64,000 bases of DNA from Phoronis australis (Eukaryota > Animalia > Phoronida): positions 890,315 through 954,314 of the forward strand of contig NMRA01000060.1 of assembly GCA_002633005.1 (NCBI GenBank). The letters are read 5' to 3'. Below the pieces are notes generated by a model, which ran no database searches, was not told where the DNA came from, and worked only from the letters and a program-made list of their open reading frames with translations. The translations under genes and the position numbers were made by a program. Numbering within the stretch: position 1 is the first letter of the stretch; the number at the start of each line of letters is the position of its first letter. Shown piece after piece: positions 34,839 through 48,200 of the stretch.

Positions 34839-37800
34839 ATGCATGACCTTCTACCGGAAGGATACCTACTTACTCAAAAAGAACACTGCAATAGCAGTCT
34901 GGGTTGATATCAATAAATCTATCAAGTGGAAACCATTATAGTCTATAAGAGATGATTTTGGTGCGTATATTTTTGTCGTTTTCAGTCACAAGTGACAGCT
35001 TGTCTGATTCATGGCTAGAAGACTGCTTTAAAACTTCGTGCACTTCTGAATACCAACTACCAGACGTCGCACCGGCCGGGATTGATGAGAGCGGAAGTGT
35101 CCGTATAACAGGTAAACCGATGGGTTATCACCTTTCATGAAATGATAGGTAGATGAAACCACGGATTGTTTCCTTAGTGATTTCTATGTTAGATTTGCAC
35201 TTTTCTAGTTTATTCGTAAGCCTTCTACGTGGCTTACTCAGTCCGCCACGCTAGCTCCTTAATTGTGTACGATACATGAGTCCTCCACGGGCAGTCCCAA
35301 TTTACACAGAAACAACGCGACTCACCTAATAATTCACAATGGACTGTAGCCTAAAAACAAGATTATTGCTTATATAGAGAGTATACAAGTCTGATAACTA
35401 AAGCTATTCGGGTTTATTGTTGAAAGAGCGTCTCTGTGCATTTAGCTAATGTCTGGAAACTCTAAAAATAAGCCTTAAGTTAAATGTCTTTAAATGTATA
35501 TATTGTCTGAGAGTAGAAAGCCTGCAGACTTTGATTTGTAACTTTACATTAATTTGTCATTTGTTAGGTCACGTGACCATTTCTATTTATTAAATTTAAC
35601 AGAAAATAATGCCAGATCCATTGCAAAACAACGGCATCAATAACGCGCCCAAATTTGATACATAAGTTGAAGATTGAAAACGGTTCATAAAACATTTTAT
35701 GCAACTTAAGATTTCTTTCATGAAAATCAAATTTTTGATAGCCTCTATTGCAAAAGTGAGAGACATTTTGAAGATCAGTGCATGGGGTATACACAAAGTA
35801 TATGAAAGTTTCATACGAACCCGATCAGTCACTTCTCAGATAAGACGCTCCAAAGTTAGCCAAATTTAAACATTCATTCCATAATCCTACTTGTCTCATT
35901 AAAACCATTAATATTTGAATTTGTAGCTAGCGCCACCTTGTGACTTCCTGGAGATCTATGTGTACAAGAATGATCAGGAAAATATGTAAATAAAATGCGG
36001 TTTTAAAGAAAACACCTCAACTGATACACTGAAAAACAAGTGTACATATAGAAAACCCCAGTAATTCCACAGATTACGTGACCGTTATTCAATAGTTAAA
36101 TGAACAAATAATAAAACTTTGCCATGTTTATTAGGCTAACGATGACATTTAACCATATTTGTTTACATGAAACTAGTCTCGCAAAACTAGAATTTCACGA
36201 GATTGTATTGGTAACTGTTTCTTGGATGGTTTCTGGCACACCGACAGACCCGGGGTTTGTTTGTAAACTAGAACTTCATTTGCATATAAACAATTTAATG
36301 AGACTTAGCATCTTTAACTTTAACTGAATGTAATTTCCATCGTTTAGGTGCCGTAGGTGAGAGGACCAACCAGAGAAGAACACCATCAAAGCCACATTCC
36401 ACGCCACTCACATTAAAATGGTAACGTTGTTAATTTTCTTAGAAATCATCACATACGGCACGTACTTTTATTTCCAAAAACATCTTCTTCAGCTTCCATA
36501 GTCTACATGTATATTTTCAATAATGAAGACCTTAAAATAATATACAGTAAATCTAAACTTTTAAAACATTTACGTGTACATGTATATTTTGTTGCTAGGT
36601 TGGACGATAACTACGAAATTGTTGAAGGCGTGTGCATCCCACGGAGTACTTTATATGTCCATTATCTGGACTTCTGTGAAAAGAACGATTGTCAACCGGT
36701 CAACGCCGCTAGTTTTGGCAAGGTAACAATTATTCGTGTTCACAAACTTAAGATATGTGTAAATGATTAAAAATAAGCGCCAACCAGAAGGGAAAGTTGC
36801 TGGCTTCAATCTAGCTAGACAGCTAACGGTCACGTCATGGACATTATCTTGACGTACATTTGACAAGGTACCAAACACGATTTTCTTTAGTGAGCAATAA
36901 ACATATATGAAACATCTTAACCTGGTAGCCACCAAATTCTCTTCTTCCTCCTAACGGTCGGTTTTCATGAGTTTCGCCAAGCCATCCCCTGTCGCTTCTG
37001 GTTTGCATCCACCCTGATCGTAGTTACAGAACGATTCAACGGATAAGTCTTCTAGGGATGACGGGAGGGGAGAGGGGTTGGGGGCTCTGCCCATAAACGG
37101 CGGAAACGCTGTCTACTTCTAGCTTTATACTCTCATGTATCAGACAGTGATTGTGATTGTGACAATTAAACATGATATAATGTTGCTGTGGTTGTTTCTG
37201 GTTTTCACGTATAGCCACCTGCTACTAAAATTTTAAATATAAGTTTTATCAGATCAGATATATAATTTATTCAATTGTAGATCATTCGACAACAATTTCC
37301 CCAAATAACCACCAGGAGGCTTGGTACTCGAGGCCAGTCAAAGTAAGTTTTTTTTTCATAATTTTATTCTTCAATAATATACATTGATAATTTTTAAAGG
37401 GTGAAAGGGTGAACAAGGAAAAGGGGCAAGGACTTTCACTCACACACTCGCACACTCATTCACACACTTCATCATTTATTGATAATACTACTAAACAATA
37501 TATGAGTTAAGTATATTACAGATATCACAGATTCATTGCATGGCAGCACTGAGGCTCTCCCACATTTTAATATTAATATTGTCCGGTTCTTTTTGTTTTT
37601 GAAAATTAACTATTGAAATTTTAATATATTTTGACATGAATATTTTAAGGGTAGACCAATCTGGATGCAAGTGCTGTTGGCTACGTAAATAAATAAAATA
37701 TTGGGCGATAGTGATAACATAATTAATCAACAGGGAGAATTCAGAACCTAAATGGCAAAACATGATTTCATTTTTGGTTATTCTGACTTCATCCTTAAGG

Positions 37801-39222
37801 GAAGATGTCAAAATATCCTGAACATTAATCAACAATCTTTGCACTACATCGCAAAGGAAAAACATGTGTTCAGTACTATGTACTAGATTACAATAGGGAC
37901 ATTTATCTGAATTAACAATCTTCATCTTATATAACAAAGAGTTAGTATACACTCTGTTATGTAACAACATATACTTAAAAGATTTAATGCATGGTTCGAG
38001 GGGAAGTGTAAAAGGCATAGAGTAAATTTTTCGGATATCTTGTTTGGAGTAATGCTGCAACAATTTTTCATAATTGTCTGGTTTTTTGCAATACTTTTGT
38101 ATCAAAATCCTCTTGATTTTTTCTTTTGGAATTTTGTTATAATCTAAGCAAATTTTATTGTTGCAGCCAACCAATCGCTGATGACCTTGATCAATTTTTC
38201 TAGAGAAAACAATACATATTGAATTAAAACTCAGAATTTGAGAATTTACCAATTTATATTTTGCCAGTCAAAGTAAGTTAACAATTAAAGCTAGCTAGGA
38301 TTTACGGCATCGTCTCCTACATAGGCTTCCGTGTTGGTGGGATTGTCTCAAATCGCCGTTGTATCTGCTTCGTTAGTCTTCGCGATTTCATAAAACTAGG
38401 AGTTCTGTTGACCAGTTCTTTAATACATGTATGGAAAACGAATATCAGCATGTCGTCCGTGGCATTCAATATCTTTCACCATTTATGTTCCTCGGGGGGA
38501 GCGATATGTTCTCTTCTTCATCAAAGCCAGAAAATATGATGAATACATGTACGCAGGTACTAACACTTCCCTTAAGCAAAAAAACGCACTTTAATAGAGC
38601 GTTTTTACCTTTGTGGCCATTACAATCCAAGACGTTCATCAACAAAAAAGAGAAAAAAACGAGCAGAACACACAAAATTGGTAATTTTCAAAACAAAACC
38701 ATAACTCGCATGCGACTACTAGGCACCAACTGACACCGCACTCAGAATGTCAATCAGCCCATATTCCAAATATTTGGTGGACAGTGCATAAATCCCCATG
38801 AATTCTTTTTTTTTGCTTGTCTGAATTGTCTATCCGACAGGGATATATAAGAAAAATAAGTCAAAAGAACAATAAATTGCATTTGTTATCAAAAAATTAA
38901 CATATCCAACAAATACCATTCTTATCCACCACATAGTGAGTGAACATCAAGATGCGAACCAGCACTGACAAATTCCACTGAAATTGGAGGGGGATTTGAT
39001 TGTGGCTCAAAAAATTGAGCGCCACCTTTTCAGTACTTAACGTATATTCATATTTGGAGCATATACCCGACTTACACGTGATTTATTGTTGTGTTCTTTA
39101 CACATTCCTAGGTATCACTACTACGGTGTCGGCGTGAAAGAATCCTCACCATATTACGACGTCATCTATTCAAGTAAAGGAGTTCAGAAGTTGGTACAAT
39201 AAATTTAATGGACACTTGATTT

Positions 39223-39254
<32 letters not shown>

Positions 39255-42200
39255 NCCGGAGTAGCGGACGAGTAATCTATAAAATTACGAAAAGCTGTAA
39301 TTAAGTGGAAAATATGTCTAGGATAACCAACCAACCTTATTTTAGCTCAAAATGACATGAAAAAGGTTGCCTTCGCCTTTAAAAGCCCACTGCTGAATGA
39401 TTTTCCTGAGGTAAGCAACACAAGTTTCCACCACGTTTTCTGAAAGAGTTCCCTGGGGGCTTTTGTGAAAGCAAAATGACTTCGGAAAATATAAGAGGTC
39501 CTATTTTGGAAATTACAGGTTTGTTTGTGATCACCTTTACCCGCCAAGATGTAATCGAAACTGCCTCTTTTCTATATATGAAACGTTCCCTGAAGCACCG
39601 ACATTACACAAGTGATAATCCGCACATGAACGGGTCTTTCTTTTTAGGTTGTAACATTTTTAATGATGTATCGAACGCATTGTCAACGAATTCTGGACAC
39701 AGTGATCAGGGCCAATTTTGATGAGGTCAGTATGGCACGAACGACTTTTAACTCGATGTATTCTTAAATCTTGACATAACAATGACAGCTTCAAACTATT
39801 GAAAGCAACAATTGCTTTAAGGATTTGTGCAATGTTCAATTGGTACTTTTATATGAACGTTTGTTGAAAAGCCAATGAGACGACAGTTCTCCCCTTAAAT
39901 GTAATTCTGGTAATCACATGAGACCTTTTCCATACGGACGCCTCCACGCACATCTTTCGGCCGACACTTTATTCAGATTATAAAAAGAGTGTCACTTTCA
40001 CCATCACCACCCACCCAGAGCCCAACCATTTTCCGTAGAGGAATGTCTCCCTTGCTGCCCCTTTCAGGTGCAGAGCTTCTTGCTACATTTCTGGCAGGGC
40101 ATGCCTCAGCACATGGTGCCTATCTTAGGCTCAGCTTGCATCACCAACCTGGTGGGTGTCTGTGACTCTATCTTGTACAAAGCTATATCAGGAGTTCTCA
40201 TGCCCACCGTTTTACAAGCTCTACCGGAGAGGTGAGTCTTGAGTCCACAAACAGATTCAGTCATCTGATGTCTCTGATAGCAACACGACATATTCACCTT
40301 GATCGTTGGTGTTATACTCCTTTACATAAAGCATGAATGTTTATCTTGTACAAGTGTACATATTACAATGAAGTGATAGCCTTACTGAGCGGATATCTAT
40401 CAGCTTTCGAAAAACATAACTTTTAAAATACTGACTTACTGTAAGCACCAAGCAGAAACTGAAGGATCACAGAGACTGTGTTCACAGCAGCACTGTTGAA
40501 AGGATGCCAAATATAGATTGATTTCGTATTCATGATTTGTGATTACAATATTGAACAGAGTGCAATTGACACTTTATTTCTCGTAAGCTTGATTTGTCAC
40601 TTAAGAAGTATTTCAATCTAATGTTCTCTTTCAGTCTGACTCAAGTCATCAAGAAGTTTGCAAAGCAACTGAGAGACTGGATAAATGCTGCTCTAGAGGG
40701 GCTGCCGCAGACGCTCAACAATATGAAATCAACATGTGAGTATACACGTGTTTTGTAGGCCGGTACCGGGTACGCTCTTCTACAGCGCCACATCTGAAGG
40801 AGTGCTGGAAAGAGTGCAGCGCCTAGGTGGAGCCAATGAAGCCATAGACACAGTTGGATGACACATTGATTGCGCATCCCAGTGCTTGGTTCAATGTTAT
40901 ACATTTTGGTCTTTAGCCGTTATCAAACAAGGGAACAGGTACCCCATGACGCGAGGCTCTGTTTCAAAGTGCATTGTCTAAGCCGTGTAGAAACACATTT
41001 GAAATTGTTTTCAATTAAACAAACCAACAGTTCCTGCTTTCTGATTATGTCTACAAAAAGCATGACGTCTGGAACGTCACCCACGTTTCCACTATCACTC
41101 TAAGGACCATTTTCACTGATTAGAACACCTGGGTCCCATTGCGTCGGGTGTAACATGAGGTCATACACAGCAGTGAGCATACCTTCATCCCTATTCAATG
41201 TATAATGGGACATTTGTTTTTTTGTGGACAACTTCTTTGATTTTACTTGAATGCCATTTCCTCGGTACGGTGACCAGCTCCAATGCGTGTCCATTACCGA
41301 GTGCTTCTCTTTCCTGTTCAGTGATCCTTGATATTTGTGACCATGCACGTGGCCAGAGTGTGTTTGGTCTCTGGATGTGCAATGCGAGGGGTCTTCTTTC
41401 CAGAATAATTGATTCATAACATGCTATTTAGTATTCAGTTTCCGGAATGGAAGGGGAGGGGGAGGAGGCGTTGGCTGTAGATTGCAGCCCCGGTAACGCT
41501 GTCGCGAGTTTTATGGTAGGATAACGGCCCAAATCTCATAAGTGTTTGCCCCGGCACAGAACCCTGAGGATGTGAGTGATTTCGTTTTCGCGAATTAATC
41601 AAGAATCACGCAGTTCTTCGTTCTGTTGAGAGTGTGCACAACAGATCATTTCTATAGGACGGGTAGCACATATGTTGATCAATGGGTATAAACCGCATTC
41701 ACGCAGTGGCCATTTTAAAAGTGAGCCCTATTTAGGTTTTAAAAATATTACATTTTGAGCCGAACTACAGCCGCAAAGTGCAATTTTTTGTGTGCCTCGT
41801 TGTATTCATGTCTCAAATGCATTGTTTTCAAACCTAAAAAGAGGCTCACTACTAAAATGGCCACTGCGTGGATAAGGTCTATAGAGTGATGTTTTTGGAG
41901 CTGTCACCTCCAGAGAGCAACGCTTTTACTCAAGGGAAGTCTACACAAGAACCAGACGCCACAACGTGAATAAAGACCGAGTTGTGCAACACACCTCTGC
42001 GTATAACCCCACCTTGCATCCGTGCTATTTATGACGCGGGAATTCCAGTTACTGAAGAACAACCTAAGACTAGGGGGAAACATCTGAAGGTCTGAGCAAC
42101 ATGCCTTCTTGTAAGTGAAATTACCCTGAGCAACAGCTAAGTAGTCCCAGACGTTTAAGTGCGGGGTTATGCATTTATTAGCAAAACAATGCTGATATGT

Positions 42201-45200
42201 TTTAGTGGCCACAACATTTGCTCAATCCCTACGCCGGCAGACGTCGCTCAACCACCTTTGCCAGGCGTCCAGGACAGTCGTCCACTCTGGAGATATCACA
42301 GCGCAAATGTTGGAAGACTGGTACAGCGTGGACATTAACAGCGTTTGTAAACAGACACTCTATACCATGCAAGATTACAATAGCAAGGATTACGGCTTGA
42401 TTACATCCTGTGAGTATATTGCGTTTTCCATCCAATACTGGGATCGTACTGCGGGTTCACGTCCGTCTGGACCGTGATAGTGGAACCGAGTAAACGCTCA
42501 CAACTACGGAGGAATGCGATGAAATTGCAGGAGCGTTAGATTGAAGGTTATACATGTACAGTCAGTTGTTTTTGTAGTTGTCAACATTGCAGAACAGCCG
42601 TGTGAAAAAACAATTGTTGTCATGGTCACTGGGATGGTACAACGGAATCATGGCGCCTGCTCATGATTGCGAAAATCTCTCCCACGGTTGAAATTAATTT
42701 CGACCCAGGTTGCCACGGATTTCCGCTTCCCTCGATCGCTCGCCAGTGCCTAAGTATTCGACGTGATACAGTGGACGTCACCCCACGTGCTCGCGGCTTC
42801 ATGAGCCCATGCAATCAGTTTTTACGTTTTGGCCTGAATGATACAATGAACAAGCAACGTAAATTATATGAATGCTGATGGTGGCAAACTATAAAGTAAC
42901 TCTTGATTTTCCCCGTCTCTATTTGATTGATCATTTGTCACACAACTGCTTTGATAGTTTGTCCGGTTTGTTTCAGTGTGTAAGGAGTTTGAGAATCTCA
43001 TGGAGGACCAGGAACCTATAGAACTGTACACAGAATGGCTAGACAGAATGATAGACACATGTGTCATTCAGATGGTAATTAACAATACAACAGCACGAAC
43101 CCTACGCAGTTTATCGAGTTATCCAATTTAAACCTCGAGAATATTATGACCAGGGTCTCTCCTTATTTACTGGTGATAATGAATATATCCAAATATTTTT
43201 AACATCTGAATAGATTGAAACCTAGCGTACTGTTTGTACAGCGAGTTTGTGCAACCTTGGCGAGGTAACGCACGCATGCGTTGTCAGAGAGGAGACCCTG
43301 TACATTTCTCAGTGACTGGATTTTGTCTAGAAGGGCACACTCATACATGTACCTCAGGACTTGTCGTCTTTCTTTCACGCCATCGATAATTATATGAGCA
43401 AAATGCAAAGTTGGGGTACATTTCACCTCAAATGCGCTTCACAAGATCAAACACTGTCTGATGTTTTGGCCATTTCACTCCCAGGTAGGAAGTCAAGCTC
43501 ACATAAATGTGGCACAATGCAAAAGTGACGCTTTCCAAACTAAAACCCACACTTTTCTCCAATGCAGGCGTCTGGCAAACAGTAGATTCTGAAGACAAAT
43601 TTACCACAAGTTCCACAAAGGGGTCTTAATTTCAAGTTTTTAAACCAGACTTTTTGCAATTCTGTTGCTGCATATTCTTTAGTCACAGCAGTACGTGCAA
43701 CACTGCCACAGCTAGGGAGCCGCTATTTTGCATAACAGGTAATCGACAACCGAACTCTGAGTGTACTTTTCTCAATCAAAATATAGTTCACAAGCAACAA
43801 CTAACCAGATTAATGAAACCTGTTATGTTATTGGATGAGATGTGATTACTTTATAATCAGACGATATAAGTCATAGTAAAATTCTATTGTCTTAACTCAC
43901 TAACATCATAGAGGAAGAAGGGCTGCATTATGGGTCAGGCCCATTGGAACTAATGCTAACAGGTCTTACTAATAAATGTTACGGCACCTCCCCTTTTTGA
44001 AGAAACACAGAGTTATGAAGCTAGTGTAAAAAGTCTGATGTCCTTTAAACTACGACAGTAAATGTTCCATGTAACACTTAAGGTGTTTTAAAACTAATTA
44101 AACTAAATATTCCGTACACAAGTCCATCCACTGAGGTTTTCACACAACACGCCCACTTCGGCTAGTCGCAGGAGTATCAGTAGGAGTTTCGTCAGGGATA
44201 TTTGGTTCTTCTGGCATCGATGTGTCGAGTTCGGTCTGCTAGTCAATATTGAACTGTTCTGAAGTTTTACGCAAATGTCTTCTTTTGTGACGGAAAGTTC
44301 CTCGATTGGTTGCCACCTTGTATGATCGGGGTGTGGCTTCCAGACTGATAACCTTTCCCACATCTTGGTAGCTGTATTGAGCATGCGTATGTTGTCGCTC
44401 GGGTATAGTGGGGGTAACTGTTTCGAACCTGGGAAGTAATGCGCTTCTGTGCCTCTTGGCGCATTTGTAGGGCTTCATTGGTCTCGCCGTTCCCCTTCTT
44501 AGGCAAAGTAGGTAGCATGGTGCGATACTTTCTGCCGTTGAGCAGTTCACTTGGACAATGAGTTTTGTGCTCAGTCGGCGTTGATCGTAAGCACATCATT
44601 GCCAAGTGGAAGGGATCGCTTCCTTTCTCGAAGCCCTTGATGAACAGATTCTTGACTGTCTGTACCATTCTTTCGACGAACTCGTTCGCATAGGAGAAAC
44701 ATCGGTGATGTCGTAACATGTTCCAATTCATACACTTCCGCGAACTGTTTGAACTCGTACGATGAGAACTGTGGTCCGTTGTCTGAGACGACCTTCTCGG
44801 GGAGACCGTGTTCATCAAATATAGTTTTCAAATGATTGATGACAGAAACGGTCGTACTTGAGTGCAGTCTTCGTACGATGGGAAACTTGGTATACATGTC
44901 AGCGACTAAAGTCCTTTCGCTGCCAGTAGAATAGGTCCATACCAATCGTGTGCCCGGTCTGAGTGGAACGTCTTGTGGTAACAGAAGTTCTTTGGTGTTG
45001 GCATTCTGGTGATTCCATCCCAGAATACTGACGCTTATGCTGCACTAGCGCCACCAGTCTGATGACTTCCGATTCACTCGTTTGTGTAGTTCCACTTGGT
45101 TTGTTGCCACCGTGTTAATGTAGCCACCCACTCCAAGTGCCAAGCCGCTGTCATCCAATACATTTTGACCACACCTGAGGAATGATATACATTTAGCTCA

Positions 45201-48200
45201 GTTTTTAAAGGGCTTTGACCAATATGTGGAAATTGTGAAAAATAATGAGCATAAGCTCAACAACTATTGTTGTCAACAACTACACTGTTTTACAAAATAT
45301 ATTGAAGGGTACCACTGGTAACTACATTGTAGGCGAGTGAAAAGCAACCCGGATCTGTGAAGCAGAAAGCCCGACAATTCTTACTCACGTGGTCTTTCTT
45401 TGGTACCAGAATCATACGGGAACTGACGCTACACAGTGCTCCGAGTTTTGGTAAGTAGTGTCGCCAGGTCCTTGACACATGCCTCAAAGTATCTAGTGAT
45501 ATCACTTAAGCTGGCGTGCATGAGGTGAACTTTGAACCACCACCGTAATACTCAGCACAAGGAAACTTCGTACACATATGCTCCACGACAAAGGACAAAT
45601 AAACCATTCAAGGACCTGCCAAGTGTCTGAATTAATGCCTTCAAATTTTGTCAAGTGCCTTTGGTATTTATACCTTGGGAACGTGGGGCCCGTTCAAAGA
45701 AAACTGACATGCCTATGACAAATCTTAAGTTTCAGTCAATTTTAAGATAAAAATTGTCTCAATTCTGTTCCAAGAAAGTGATCGTACATGTAGGTTTTAC
45801 TTAAGCTTTTGACTCAAGTTTTGTCTTGATTTAGACTAACTTACCGGATGTGGAAGTAAGGGTTACAGCATCACATATAACAGAACAGTTTTAAACTCAT
45901 AACATTCGGTTCTCTTCCTTTTCTCTACTCGGTGCTCTTAACATGTCCCTTTGTTAGAACGATGTTGTATTTTCATCTTCTTTAGGATCGTTCCATTTGT
46001 TGCATCTCATGTTTGACGATTACGTAATGTACAGAGTGGAATCGTTATGTAGTCAAGAAACAGCCAATCAGCTCCTCATGGCTGCAAAAGGAGAAAAAAC
46101 AAACGGTAACAAATCTCTTCTAAGTCCTATGTTTCAACAGTTCTTAACTTACAATGTACAAAGAAAAAATGAAAAGTCGTAAACAAATGTTCATTCTTAG
46201 CTTTGAAGTAATGCTTGGTATACCTGGTGTCAGCACGAAAAAAAACCGAAAAACTTGTGGTTATACCAGTGGCGGATTTAGACGAGGGCCAAGGGGGCCG
46301 TAGCCCCCTAAATTATCCCAGACTACATTTTGGCAGTTTGGGGGTACAAATCTCTGAAGGGCAAAATCCTGGCTAATACTCTGCCCCCCCCCCCCAACTC
46401 AAAAGGCTGTATACTGCGTACACAAGCTTTCCGATCAACCATATGATAATAACATGTGAACGCTCGTCTAACATCTAGTCTCGTCCTTGTCATCCGAGCC
46501 CACATCAGAGGCCGTATTTTCGGCAACAGCCTGCATTCCAGGGGTATGATTTGTGGTCAGGGCTCTTGGTAATCACGCGTACTTGCTGAAGCGTACGATC
46601 ACTTAAGACTGCGAGAAATGGTGCAAGCGAATAGCGAGCCTTAGTCACGACATTCTTGTGTCTACTGAACGCAACCCAAAATAGAAACGTGTTGCACATT
46701 AATGTCATACTAATTAGTCGAAAGGCAGCATACAGAACTAACGAGGGTTGTTCAGGGGAAAGCGTCCCCTTTACTTTCGCTCGTAATTACTACGGAGGCT
46801 TCACTCGTGTTTTGCGACCGTAATCGTTGTATCCAATGAAAAATTGGTTTGTAAGTGACTTGAACTGCGCGTTATACGGGTGTAAAGTATCCTCGTATTT
46901 TGTTCTCGTAATTTTACACTCGTAATTTTACGATCGTAATTTTACGATCGTAAAATACGAGTGTGAGATTGAGTGATCTGTTAATAAGGTCATGTACAAC
47001 GCTAAAATGGCGAAATTTGGCTACTTTCGGAGCGCTGTATCTCAAGAATACCGCTCACTGGATGTAAACGAAACTTTCAGATACTATGCTTTATGCTCTG
47101 TTCTCCTCCGGAACACTTGGGCGTGACTTACACCCTAATTTCTCATTGGATATAACGACTGCAGTCGTAAAACAGGATCGAAATCTTGGTAGTAACTGCG
47201 ACCGTAAATATGCGCGACACATTTCCCGAACGGTCCAAGATAGAAACGTATTTGTGATAGCTTGTCTTAAAGATGTTCTGTCTCATTAAAACCGTGAATA
47301 TTTAAATTTGTAGCAAGGGCTCCCTTGTGGCTTCTTGGAGAACTATATGTACAAGTATAATCAGGAAAAAAAACAATTTGTAAGTAAATTGCGGTTTTAA
47401 ACAAAACACCAAAACTGATACACTTAAAAACCATTATGATCCTATAGGAAACTCTAGTAATTCCAAATATTACGCAACTGTTATTTGATAGTGAAATGAA
47501 AAAAAAAATAAAAACTGGGTCTTGTTTCATTAGAGTAACAATGACGTATTACCATATTCATTTACATAACAATAGTATCGCAAAACGAGACTTTCGCGAG
47601 ATTGTAATGGTAACTGATTCTCGGGTGGTTTCCGGCACACTGAAAAACCCGGGGTTGTTCGTAAACTAGTTCTTCCTTTGCATATTCGCAATTTAATGAG
47701 ACATTGCATCTTTAAGCGGCCGGTCTCCCGTCCGATCAGACGTCCTATGTGCCTTGGTGTAAAAGTTCGTCATCTAAACTAAACGCAGTTCGTGTTGCCT
47801 TGGGTTACGTAAAAGTGACTAGTCATTTTCAGTTTTCCGTTCACGCTTTCAATGTTGTAACAGGCTGTTTTATACTGGAAAATTTGGTAATTGTGTATTT
47901 TCATCTTTATTAAGTGATCACGGAAGAAGTCATTCTACCCAATCCGTCAATTACTCTATCATCGCCAAGTGCATTTGATGCAAGCTTGTCGACGCCTGCA
48001 CTTCCAACGTCGTCATTAGACGACCACTGTCGGACGTCGTGTTCCATCGGTTACGAAAGCAGCAACAGTAAGATGAATTAAACAAGGATTGGGCAACGGC
48101 AAATAAAGACGAAACAATGAAATGTTCGTCTCTGTCAGTCTTAATAGGATATTAAAAGAGTGGTGAACCCGGTTTAGGCCTGTTATCAGATAACAACTGC

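Noticed and set aside
37533-38252. 239-aa ORF as a nested host gene
   Set aside because: It is the 3' end of a LINE ORF2 bounded by a TSD and A-tail.
46267-46440. CAGTGGCGGATTTAG-starting MITE
   Set aside because: Only one terminus is recognisable, with no matching TIR or TSD.
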